From: Carcharhinus amblyrhynchos
Lineage: Eukaryota
DNA length: 64,000 nt
Direction: 5' to 3'
Assembly: GCA_965287045.1 (NCBI GenBank)
Contig: OZ336885.1
Coordinates: 65,162,001 to 65,226,000 of the forward strand
Positions 38,764 to 49,851 of the stretch are shown here, in pieces; the stretch's first letter is position 1; each line of letters opens with the position of its first letter. A program made the position numbers and the translations under genes. Below the pieces are notes generated by a model. It was not told where the DNA came from, searched no databases, and worked only from the letters and a program-made list of their open reading frames with translations.

Positions 38764-39529
38764 TCTGCCTCTTCATTGCAAATTAGAGGACCTTTAATTT
38801 TGTTTGTCAATCACGGATTGGCTTCCTTCACTGTTTTGCTCTTCAACCAGATGACATTAAACACATTTGGCATTTCACAATTGAACTCTTCGATTATATG
38901 CCTTCACCTAACCACCTGCAACTTTAATTAACTGTTCCCGATGAATAGTAGCTAACTCCCAACTTTTAAGATCATATTTCATTTGTTAACATTCAACACC
39001 ATTGTCTCAGAATAAATTACAATAAATTCAGTACTGGACCTTACAAATAAGTAACTTTTTTATTGTTTCACTCACTAATACTCAGATAATCGACATTAGT
39101 CTACAAATAAATTCATAAAGAGGTATGGCCGGAACGGAAAATGTCAATCACTAATAATGACATCGTTGATATCAGTCTACCAACACATTCACAAAGGCAT
39201 ATGGCCGGAACGGCAAATGTTACAAAATATCAGGAGTTTTCCAATCGTAAGCAATAACATGACAATATTCACTCTCATTTTATTGGCTGGAAAAATAAAG
39301 TTAGCAGTACAATTATCGTGGCGTTATGCAATGCAGCTATAGCTGCCTTTGTTATATTCAAAGGAACATTTGCAACTGATAACCCATTTAATTTCATTTT
39401 GTTATTTTGATGCTGTTCTATCAATGTTACATTTCAAATCTCCTGTTCTAATTATGAGCTGTTGTAATGCATTTTGCAGATCTATTGCTTGTGAACATCA
39501 TTGCATTGCAATGTTTAAATTGAAGACGT

Positions 39530-40150
39530 GACTGTGCAGAATGTTCGTGTCCTAGTGTCTGATGCATACGCAGAATTGCGCCACGCCCTTCGGCCCATCA
39601 TTTGCACGATGACTTTCAAAAAACATACCACAATCGTTTTAAAGGGCTTTTTTATCCATTGCCTAAAATAATTCTGACAAGAGTGTCCATCGAAAAGCTC
39701 CTTAAATGTTGAGAGAGTCCTTGTTTCTTTCATCCTTTTAGACAGTGTGTTCCATAATTCCAGCACCCGTTGTGTATCTTTAATTTGCTAAGACCAATTA
39801 GTCATCACCTTATCCCAGAGCCCTCTTGTTATATGCACCGATGAGGTTTGCAATTTATTCTTACCGTTTACCATATTTATGTCATTTACAATGTTGTGTA
39901 GCTCTCCCATATTCCCTTACGTATCTCTGCTCCTGGGAAAAGCAAATCTTGTGTACTCAGTCTCTTCTCATATCAGAAACTTTCCGATCCAGGCAACGTC
40001 TGATGAATGTGGTCTGCACACTTTGCAATGCAGTCATGGCCCCCGATAGTGTGATTGCCACAACTGCACATAATATGCCATCTGTGCCTTAAGCAATGAC
40101 TTATGAAGTTGCAACACGATGTCGGTGCTGTGTAGCGCGGCTTTCCCTTT
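39530..40150 (-). mobile_element. Old CR1 3' fragment
   Basis: ORF 39515-39766 (LELWNTLSKRMKETRTLSTFKELFDGH) resembles the CR1 ORF2 end; gcccttcggcccatc reverse 3' UTR motif. Confidence 0.6.
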
Positions 40151-40958
40151 AGGAAATGTACATTGATCACGCACTCAGCAGCTATAAGCAGCATTCATAT
40201 TGTGTCACTGTCTGCTTGATTAGATGTCCTTGTGCTGCTGCTTAGTGGTTTAAGTTGGCTTTTTTTATTTTAATTTAATTTGGGGAGAATGGGATGTCCT
40301 GTAATATTCTGAGTTTGCAATCATTTTGAATTGCTGCGGGTATATTGGTTGATAGGCCAATGTCAGACGGTTCCTTCCCAGACGAATCAAAGATTTCACT
40401 TTCGGTTTTTGTTTGAGGCTGTTGTATTAGAGTCAACAAAAAAAAAGTCTGCGTTTCAGTCTAGAATTGCAAATTTGCTAGTGCTGGCTGTATGGCTCCA
40501 CACGAGAGGCAGCGGATGCTTCGGTGCCTTGGGGAGGCTTGTAGTCACAATTTAAAGGCCAGCAGTGTCATTGTCTCTAACTCCAATTGCTGGGACATTC
40601 TAGAATGGAGACACCAGATTCTCTATTATCAATCGAAAGGGCGAACTGACAGAATGCATTGCTGAGCTGTAAATCACGTGAACATGCTTGTTTACTGTGT
40701 TCAACCTGGGACAGGTGTGTTCATGTACAGAGCGTCATTTGATTGGAAAAATGCACTTAACTGCGAGGTTTAAACAATATATGGTCTCTTTTGTTGTTTG
40801 TATTTGATAACAATTTGGTCAGTTGCCTTTGTATATGTTAAACATACTTAATTGACGTTAATTATAAACATCCCGAGTGTTTCGTTTGAATCATATCTGT
40901 AATGAAATTTTGTGTGTTTCCACTATCTGAAAAAAAACGAAGTATTTTTTGGCACCAT

Positions 40959-41455
40959 AGTAAGAATCCTCACAACTCGAGGTTAAAGTCCAACAGGTTT
41001 ACTTGGAAGTAAACACCAGGAGCTTCCAGGGCTTTTCCCCTTTGTCAGGTGCATAGGACTCCCCACTCACCTGACGAATGGGAACATCCCTGAAAGCTAC
41101 TGGTGTTTGCTACCAAATAAGTATAGAAAACATATAAAACTACAGCACAAACAGGCCCTTCGGCCCACAAGTTGCGCTGATTATAACTCTACCTACAAGG
41201 TCTATTTATACACCTCAATCCCATTAAATCCCATGTACTCATCCAGAAGTCTCTTAAAAGACCCCAACGAGTTCGCCCCCGCCATCACCGACGGCAGCTG
41301 ATTCCACTCACCGACCACTCTAAGAGTGAAAAACTTACCCCTGACATCTCCTCTGTAGCTGCCCCCAGCACTTTAAACTTGTTGAACTTTAACCTGGTGT
41401 TATGACACGCCGTACTGTGTTTACCTCAGTCCAACGCCGGCATCTCCACATCACG
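40959..41455. mobile_element. Short Penelope hairpin element (inverted pLTRs) with a nested CR1 fragment
   Basis: gtaagaatcctcacaac...tttgtcaggtg pairs with cacctgacgaatggg...tgaaagctactggtgtttg. Ends ccggcatctccacatca. Flanks tggcaccata / tggcatcata. Confidence 0.8.
41122..41380 (-). mobile_element. CR1 3'-end fragment nested in the Penelope arm
   Basis: tagaaaacatataaaactacagcacaaacaggcccttcggcccacaag reverse tail. The pLTR resumes at tgttgaactttaacctgg. Confidence 0.8.
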
Positions 41456-41459
41456 TCTG

Positions 41460-44400
41460 GCATCATAACATACCTTCGAGTTTCTGACCTGGATTATAAC
41501 AGCTCTTGTATCCTATTTCCTGGGTAATGCCCACAAGGATTATGTATGCCTTCTTGAATGGTCTGCCTAAATTTGATGCTCAAATTTCGGACTTTTTGGA
41601 CCCTTAGTTTTTTTTCCAATACTCACTGGCAAGGCACCATTAAATGCATTTATCCTGCAGTCATTGGAGTTTGCTGTATGAATCAACTCACACTTGCACA
41701 ATGTTAAATGAAGTTCGCCATTGCTCTTCCCAGTTGAGCAACATCAGTCCACTAACTAAGTCTCTCCTCCTTACTCTACAAAAAAACACCAAAGATTTTC
41801 TTGTCATCAGCGAACTTACTTGGTGTAAATTGTACAAGGAGATGTCAGTTGTTAATGAACACAACGGACATCAATGGCCCCAACACCGGTCTTTGGGTGC
41901 GCCACTGACAGCAAAATTCCTTTCATAAAACTAGAGTTTCAGCCTCAAGATTTACTTTCTATTGACAGGCCAGATTTTGACTCACGTTCGCAACTTCCCT
42001 GGCATTCCCGTTCAAATATCTGCTAGCTCGTCCTTATTAATCTTAACGTGCAAACATAATGTTCTCTATACTCGTGAATATCCACGCCATTCACACTGCT
42101 GAGAAGCTAACACATGATTATTCATTTATCTTTATGAACACCTCGGAATATCTTATATCCAACAGTCCTTTTATTTAGGAGTGCTTGCTCTTCAGCCCTA
42201 GAGGAAGACATTGACCCTGAACTCTCGATATTATTTTATTTTTAAAAGATTCCTACTTTTCAATTACTTGTAAGCCTGCAAGTGCCTACTCTCGATCCAC
42301 GGTTGTCTGATCTTTCCAGTGGCATATGCACATGATATCCACAAATTCAAAAATGTGAAATCTGGACTAGCAATAACTCTTTTCATAAAGACTGAACAAA
42401 TTACAGATTAATGTTCACTACGCCTAAAATGCCACCCAATAACATTACAAATAATTGTCCGGCTCCCTGAGTGTATCACTGCACCCTTACATAAGGCAAT
42501 CTATGGGCTCCCACAACAGTTTTCCTCCATGTGCATGAATTTTCTTACCCCGTCAAATACTTTCACACTTCAATTACAATTCGGAGGTTGAATTCTTTTC
42601 GAACTATATAACGTTGTTCCACTCAGTTATCGGAGATTCGCCTAAATTGGTGATCCTACATCACCCTCTGATTGCTGCGAAGTCCGCCGTTTAATCCCAG
42701 CAAATTAAGATACACCCATGTAGTCTCACTTGAAGATGCAACAGAAGTATCATTCTGCATTACACAACTCGTGCACTCATTTACATGTAATGCAATGTCC
42801 CTCCTCTCTGATTTCCCTCCTTATCCCATCAGACATTTCTATACCCTGGAATACTTCGTTCACTGTTTCTAACTTTTCTTGACCTATGTTTCAGTGATTC
42901 TAAAAGAAAACATACTCTTCCGTGAGCTAGTCAAACCTCCAGATTAATCTCATTTAGAAGGCTTTAATGTGACATTACATGAAGTGCATCTTGCATTTCC
43001 AAACTTTCAAATTATCATTTCCATGTCTTCCCTTTGTAGCCAAACGGGCCATCTAAAATGGCGTTTTGTAAAGCACCCTCGGACAATTGGACAAGAAACT
43101 AAACCGGCAGGCTGCAGTTTATTGACAGAGACAAACAGGCTGCAACCCTGACGAGTGAATAAACAGGACATGGGTCATCTCCAGGATGAATGGGACTTCA
43201 CAGTCACACTGGCTTGTTTCATCTCCAAGATGGAAGAGACATTCTGGTGACACTGGGTTGTGTGCCAGACATAAAGGCACCATGAACCCTTATTTAGGAG
43301 GGAGGTATGTGACCTATGTGCCTCCAACACCTACAGACATGGCCGCTGGGGACATACCCAGAGGTCGATGTGGTAGCACCTGATTGGACTCTTATCGATC
43401 AGGGTGATCAAGTCCTGATCAATTGATTGGCAATGGGCAAAAAGGGGCGTAAAACCAAATGGGGTATAAAGGGTGCTGCACAACCAGGAATCGCTCTCTT
43501 TCTCTGACCCCAAGAACGAGCTACAACAATGGAGAACATCGCCATAAAGAGGAGAGCCACCACGCCCGAGAAGGAAGGAAGGAAGAAAGACAAGAGCCAG
43601 AGTGCCATCCCAGACTAAACGACCAGACTACGCAGACGACTACCGAGACCGACGCACAGATAAAGGCCAATATCAGCTTGGATATTTGCCAGTCACGCAA
43701 CGTAAAGTCAAGGTCTTGTATTGTACTTGAATTCTAGTATTTTCCTGTAAGATGTCATTGTTGGTCGGGGGGTGATTATTGAGTGTGTGGGTTTAAATAA
43801 ATATTGGCTGTACTAATAAGACGACTACTCGTAGTTATTTGTCCACCGTATAAGGGTTAAGACAGACCTTGTGGTAGGCAACACCTGCATGTTTTGCAGA
43901 ACGAATTTTCATTCTATATCTGACTGAAGCTCTCTGCCATTGACTATATGCATTGTGCCCCATTCCTGTGCCAAATTATTTACGACCACCCCTGCAAAAC
44001 GACCAATCATCCAAGCATGGATGTTTAAATATTTTCCATTCGAGTGCCAGCTACCCCACAAACTGTACCAGTGATTCAAGTATCTAACGCCATCCCTCCT
44101 ACACCGATGTTGATTCATTGCTGATCTGTATTTCTATTCGTGTCCTCAGTGTTTCGAGCCACGAAAGGCAACTCAAATATTATGACATTGGATTTACCAC
44201 TACTTGAACTCGCATGCAACTCCTAAAACTCGTGCTGTAAGCACACAAGTATGTTACCAAAGATGTTGCTGCCAACTTACACGTCGACCATTGCCTGTTC
44301 AAACTACCTCACCCCCGCCAGCACCGAATACATTTCAGAATGTTCTGCAGATTCTCCGAGGCCCCCCCTGAACCCAGCACCAAGGAGGCAACGCATTATT

Positions 44401-44700
44401 CGAGAGCCGGGTTTTCTGCCATAGAAACGTCGGTAAACTCCACATCCTATAATGTAATTTAACACTAATTACCCATCGGCATATGAACTCGCCAATTGTC
44501 ACCGCATTGCCACAGATTCGTCAGATTTTTTTTTTCACTAAGGGCCCAGCATTTTGCAGCAAGGCATATCTATTTGAGAGGTCGATGAGCACAGTCATCT
44601 CCTGCATTACACGCTTACCCCCTAATACTATTGCTTCTGCTACCCAATACCTTGCATCTGTGCGATCATTCCTTTCGATGTGACAATTTTGCTAAGCATG
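41460..44700 (-). mobile_element. Old, internally deleted CR1 remnant including an ORF1 SGNH-esterase-like region, split by a solo LTR
   Basis: ORF 43909-44118 (RCRRDGVRYLNHWYSLWG...GRFAGVV) and RRFYGRKPGSRIMRCLLGAG near 44375-44435 resemble the CR1 ORF1 esterase. Reverse RT-like pieces lie near 41800-41900. Confidence 0.55.
43035..43883 (+). mobile_element. Solo LTR (849 bp), probably Gypsy-type
   Basis: Starts TGTAGCC and ends GGCAACA (TG...CA, 6/7 inverted terminus). Flanks cctt / cctg (4-bp TSD, one mismatch). TATA ggggtataaagg at ~43461-43472; AATAAA near 43796. Confidence 0.8.
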
Positions 44701-44879
44701 CTATTCATGTGCAAAACAGTCATTTAGGAGTTGCCGTTTGACACACTTCCTGTACATACAATCGTCAGAGTCACTGGAAGTGTCCTTAGTTTACAGCATT
44801 TTGCAACAAACCAAATGGTCATACTTATTTTCTGCAGACGTTGATTCGGAACTTCACAACACAATATTCTGAGGAACCA

Positions 44880-45490
44880 AAGGCACAGTATCCTGGGTTC
44901 TAGGTTCCATAGTAGCCATAGTTCCTGGGTTCGATTCTCGGCTGGGGTCACTGTTTGTGTGGAGTTCGCACATTCTCCTCGTGTCTGCGTGGGTTTCCTC
45001 CGGGTGCTCCGGTTTCCTCCCACAGTCCAAAGATGTGCGGGTTAGGTTGATTGGCCATGCCAGGAAATAACCCCTTAGTGTCCAGGGTAGCGGAGGTTAG
45101 AGGGATTAGTGGGTATAATATATAGGGATGTGGGGATAGGGTCTAGGTGGGATTGTGTTCGGTGCAGACTCAATGGGCCGAAGAATATAAGAACAAAAGA
45201 AATAGGAGCAGGACTAGGCCATCTAGCCCCTCGAGCCTGCCCCGCCATTCAATAAGACCATGGCTGATCTGTCGTGTCTCAGTTCCACATTCCCGCCCTC
45301 TCCCCATAACCCTTAATCCCCTTGCCTATCAAAAACCTATCAACCCGCGTCTTAAAGCTATTTAGCGAGGCAGCCTCCACCACTTCAACGGGCAGGGATT
45401 CTTAAAGCTATTTAGCGAGGCAGCCTCCACCACTTCAACGGGCAGGGATTCTTTCTGCACTGTAGGGTTCTATGATTGTATGATTCTACT
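44880..45490 (+). mobile_element. HE1/V-SINE-like SINE interrupted by a young CR1 3' end
   Basis: B-box gggttcgattctc; conserved core cacattctcctcgtgtctgcgtgggtttcctccgggtgctccggtttcctcccacagtccaaagatgtg; tail ctgcactgtagggttctatgattgtatgattcta. Confidence 0.9.
45181..45450 (-). mobile_element. Young CR1 3' fragment with a 50-bp tandem duplication at its 5' junction
   Basis: Reverse of the 7020-7240 sequence; cttaaagctatttagcgaggcagcctccaccacttcaacgggcagggatt occurs twice (from 45351 and 45401). Confidence 0.92.
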
Positions 45491-45705
45491 ATAATTATTC
45501 TTCTGTTGGTTTATATTTATTCACAAAACTTACATAAAGAGTACAAAACTAGTTGGCAACAAAGGGTTCACTTCATAGCTTCAAGCGCTTACCGCCCTTT
45601 AGGCTACATCAAAGATGTTTTTTGTTACGGTGAAAGCGTGTATATGAAATGGAAAAAATATTTTCAGTTATGTTGCAGGAACATAACATTCAAAATATTT
45701 TATTA

Positions 45706-46107
45706 ACATAAGAACATAAGAACATAAGAAATAGGAGCAGGAGTAGGCCATCTGGCCCTTCGAGCCTGCCCCGCCATTCAATAAGATCATGGCTGATCTG
45801 TCGTGGCTCAGTTCCACTTTCCCGCCCTCTCCCCATAACCCTTAATCCCCTCTCTTATCAAAAACCCATCAACCCGCTTCTTAAAAATATTTAGCGAGGC
45901 AGCCTCCACCACTTCAACGGGCAGAGAATTCCAGAGATTCACCACCCTTTGAGTGAAGAAGTTCCTCCTCAACTCCGTTCTGAACCGCCCCCCCCCCTTT
46001 ATCTTGAGGCTGTGCCCCCTAGTCCTACTGTCTTTTTTGAGCGGGAAGAGTCTTTCCACCTCTATCCTATCCATCCCATTCATCATCTTATACGTCTCAA
46101 TGAGATC
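45706..46107 (-). mobile_element. Young CR1 3' fragment
   Basis: DLIETYKMMNGMDRIEVER...GYGERAGKWN, near-identical to the end of ORF 6589-7140; (aacataag)3 tail. Confidence 0.95.
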
Positions 46108-46600
46108 GATGATATCTTCATTCTGCATTTTTGGAACAGCAATGAGATGTTTGACATCACATGCGGACTGATGCAAGAACAGTGTCTTCATCACTGCCAT
46201 TAGTCTTTTGAATGAACCTCCCATTTATAAAGCTAAAATCTGGCTGCGCCCTAACCATGAGTGTAACGCTCGCTTCTGAACACTGTTCTTTGTTCCCTTC
46301 GACGCACTTTACGAAAGTTACGTTGTGTTTGTGCAGCAAACAGTAGAAACGACTGTTCACTGTATCTCAATGCATTCGGAATAGTATATAAAGTCAAATA
46401 CAACCATGTTCCACCGTCTACTTAATATAGTCACGATATGGATTCATTGCAGCAAGATTTTGTTTCCCAAATATTGTACCCTCATGATTGAAATTCCATT
46501 TCTCTTTTCCTGAAATCTCATGCTTTGTTTCGAACTTGCAGAAAATGTTTGCCGATTTCTAATTAAGAATGGAGCAAAATAGGTTACGTAATATTTACTT

Positions 46601-46604
<4 letters not shown>

Positions 46605-46648
<44 letters not shown>
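46605..46648. repeat. (CA)n microsatellite just downstream (minus sense) of a candidate exon donor
   Basis: Direct read. Confidence 0.95.
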
Positions 46649-46651
<3 letters not shown>

Positions 46652-46668
46652 TGTCATAAATTCCTTAC

Positions 46669-46698
46669 CAGCTTGACACTGCACGAGATTAGTAGGAC
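46669..46698 (-). CDS. Candidate 30-nt micro-exon, phase 1: (G)PTNLVQCQA
   Basis: atgtttatttatgtaatcttag|GTCCTACTAATCTCGTGCAGTGTCAAGCTG|gtaagg. Confidence 0.4.
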
Positions 46699-48079
46699 CT
46701 AAGATTACATAAATAAACATTTATTTTCTGCAGTTGAATTCATTTTACAACAACAAAAAATGGGCAACGACAATTCACCGATATTTCAAAATGAAATTCC
46801 AAACGATATCTGGCATGTGTACAATCCAAATTCATGGAACATGCCATAAATCATCAACCATTATGTTGTCAAAGTCACGCAGATTGTTTTTTTAGTACTG
46901 ATACAAAAAGGCATAAAATGGCTAGAAGACGATCAGTTAAATTAACACTTAGAATTTACAAACACCCGTAATTCCAATTTCAACATCACCATGAACACGT
47001 CACACTTATGCATGTGAACGTTTTGCAACATGTATGGCGATGGAACGAATTAAATTCGTCGAACATTTAATCCAGAACAGCAGTGTCAATAAAGTGGCTA
47101 GAAACGCATCATTGTAACTAACAAATGCTAATTATTGGATTGAAATATTATGACTTTCATTTGAAATCAATCACCAATAACAATGATAAGCGGGATGACC
47201 AGATATGTAAAAAGCACAGTGTTTTCAATCATTTAGTAAAATGCAACTGAGGTGTCGATTCTGCAAAGTTTGGAACAAGTCACTGAAGTTTTGCTAATGC
47301 AACTGAACCAGTAATTCTATGCCTAGAGAAATAACTTTACAAGTGCAACCTGTTTGACATCAGATGTGTTTCCAAATGATCAGTTGAAATACTCCGAAAT
47401 TCTAAAGGGTGAGAAAATGTGTTTGCAAAATAGAGATCAAGTTTTAAAATATAGATTACAACTTTTCTTGATCAAGTCAGAAGAAGAAAGCTTGGCCAGA
47501 AGACACATATATTTCGGGTATTGGATTCAATTTGATTTTTGGTCTGCAATTAGCTTATTCAAATTTGGACGCATCATCGTCCAAATCATGCGTGCAAGAG
47601 GAAAACGAAACATGAGAAACATCTATCTGCGCATGTGTTTTGGACTATACCGGAGTTGATTTTGTTGTGTCATTCGTGTTTCAAACGCGAAATGTTTCAA
47701 TTGATTTCAACCGCTTACTCCAACCAGTAACCTTTGGGCAATTTCACAAAACATATTTAATTCAGACTGCGAGTTGATAAGAGCTGTTCGAAGTCTGAAT
47801 CAGCAATAATAAGTTAATATCCGTCTCAACGCCTAAAGATCCTTAATGGTTGTTTTCAACTGTGAGAGGATCCTGAGTTGAACCAGTTGTTTTTTTTTAA
47901 AGGTCTATATTGAATTCTATGAGGCAGCCTCAGTGACAAGGGATTTTAAGAGCGAAGAATGTCAAAACTACAACAGGCAGCTACGAACTCACCAAAGCCT
48001 TGAAAACTGAGCAAACATTTTTTTCCCAAAATTTTCAAATGCGTTCATAGGAATGTAATTAAGATTGAAAAAAAAGGAG

Positions 48080-48365
48080 AGACTCAATACAGGGACAAGA
48101 TACTCAATGGAAGTTCCGCATCTTCAAATCCACATGGCTCTGGGCTCTTTCCGTCAGGATTAAAAACATCCAGGAGTAAGTTGATTGGCTAGCTAAAAAT
48201 TGTCCCTTAATGTCTTGGGATGCATAGGTTACAGGGATTAGCGGGTGAATGTGTAGGGATATGGGGGTAGAGCCTGGGTGGGATTGTGTTCGGCGCAGAC
48301 GCGATGGGCCGAAGGGCCTATTTCTACACTGTAGGGTTCTATGGTCAATGATGTTCTACGATCTA
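48080..48365 (+). mobile_element. HE1-like SINE with a degraded 5' end
   Basis: ttgattggct...gggattagcggg...gtgggattgtgttcggcgcagacgcgatgggccgaagggcct...cactgtagggttctatg. Confidence 0.8.
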
Positions 48366-49830
48366 TAAGATTTTATCCAGTACGAGACGCTTAGCCGGTC
48401 CAAAATGTTGGAGATCTACCTCAAGACGAAAAGACTTGAACGTTCTGCCTGAGCCTGCCAATTTAGAATATTTGCTTGATCTTGCTTTTCAGTTAATAAC
48501 AGTATTAGCAAGTCATTTCGTAGAATCCAGACTAAAATGAAAACGTCTCCTAGACTTTTCTCAAGGAAAAGAAAACAATGTTCCTGAGATTGACGTTGAC
48601 ACCTGTTAACAGATTGACTCAATATCAAACTGAACTGTAATCACTTTCAGGAAACTTCACGTGGATTTTTTTTTCGCTCGAGCCAGAGGAGATCAGAACC
48701 TTTTCCTTGCAAGTTTTTGACTCTCATAAAACTGTAAACTAACGGAACGCCAGACGTCCAAAATCCTGACATACTGGTCATTAGTATTGAAAGAGAGTGG
48801 TCCAATTAAAAAAAGTCAAACCTGGGCAAAAAAAAATCAAGAATTTCCAGGTAAGCGCATTGAAATAAATACACGGTACGTAGTTTACAACTGAATTAAA
48901 CAGAAATAAGAGTAAACACAACACAAATAAATATGCATGGAAGTTACTCTCAACGTCGACTTTTCTGGTAGAAGTTTTAAATCCCCGGCGGACAAAATAA
49001 AACATGAGATAACTCAAGCATGATGACATAAACATCACTTGGACCATCAAACTGCGATCAATGGAGATGCCAAAATTATTAGCAGACGTTAAAATGTATG
49101 CATCACGCCGTCGAACAGCAATGAGCCATGTAGTTGGATCTGCATGTCTACTTGTAGGTAGAAGGGTTAGCCTGGGAAAGAGAAGAATGCCCACTCCGCC
49201 TGCAATGGTACAACCAACAGCTAAGAAGCCATTGATTTCTCTGGCCGAATGTTTCACAGTGACTTAGAGTGGAGCCCCAAAAATATCGAACATTCCCAAG
49301 AGAGCTGTGAATTGATTTGTCCCAGCATCAGAAAAAAAAGGAAAAAAAACAAGCATAATAACAACCAGAGGGCAGAATTCACTGAATGTCAAAGAACGTA
49401 CAAGACATACACACACCTTTGATGACATCAGAAATGGAGAAATGCATTGGCCAGCATCACTTCAACCTGACAGATATCTGTAAATCAGCACAGTTGTGTC
49501 TATTGATTCTGCCCTTTTCTCTGATGTGGACATTCAATCTTCTCCTGTCATAGGTTTTTCCCTCATTGTTTCATCGATTTGTCCTTCGCTTATCGTGAAA
49601 TCCGGATAGTGCATTGAACATGTACAAAAATAAGATGCCCATTTATATGAATCCTACAACTGCAAGACACCTCCTTTATAGTAGTGCAGCAATCGTGGAC
49701 TCCATTGTTTTGAAATAAAACTCTCCATTACTATTTACATACTACAAATGACAGAGCAGCATATGCCACCACAGCTCAGCTTCTTCCGGGATCACACATT
49801 AATATCACAAATTCTTAATCATTTCCTTAC

Positions 49831-49851
49831 CAGTCTTATATCTGTTCAGTT
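49831..49851 (-). CDS. Candidate 21-nt micro-exon, phase 1: (E)LNRYKT
   Basis: ctgctttattccccag|AACTGAACAGATATAAGACTG|gtaagg. Confidence 0.55.

Noticed and set aside
38355-38931. ORFs spanning the N run
   Set aside because: Artefacts of the assembly gap.
2675-45548. Other 15-18-nt minus-strand units (2675-2692, 15252-15266, 34271-34288, 45534-45548)
   Set aside because: Weak pyrimidine tracts; this many would be expected by chance.
48781-49257. 158-aa hydrophobic ORF suggesting a membrane protein
   Set aside because: The hydrophobicity reflects T-rich sequence; no recognisable domain or convincing exon boundaries.
49255-49290. cacagtg...ccaaaaata, RSS-like
   Set aside because: The spacer is 15 nt rather than 12 or 23, the nonamer is poor, and there is no adjacent V/D/J segment.
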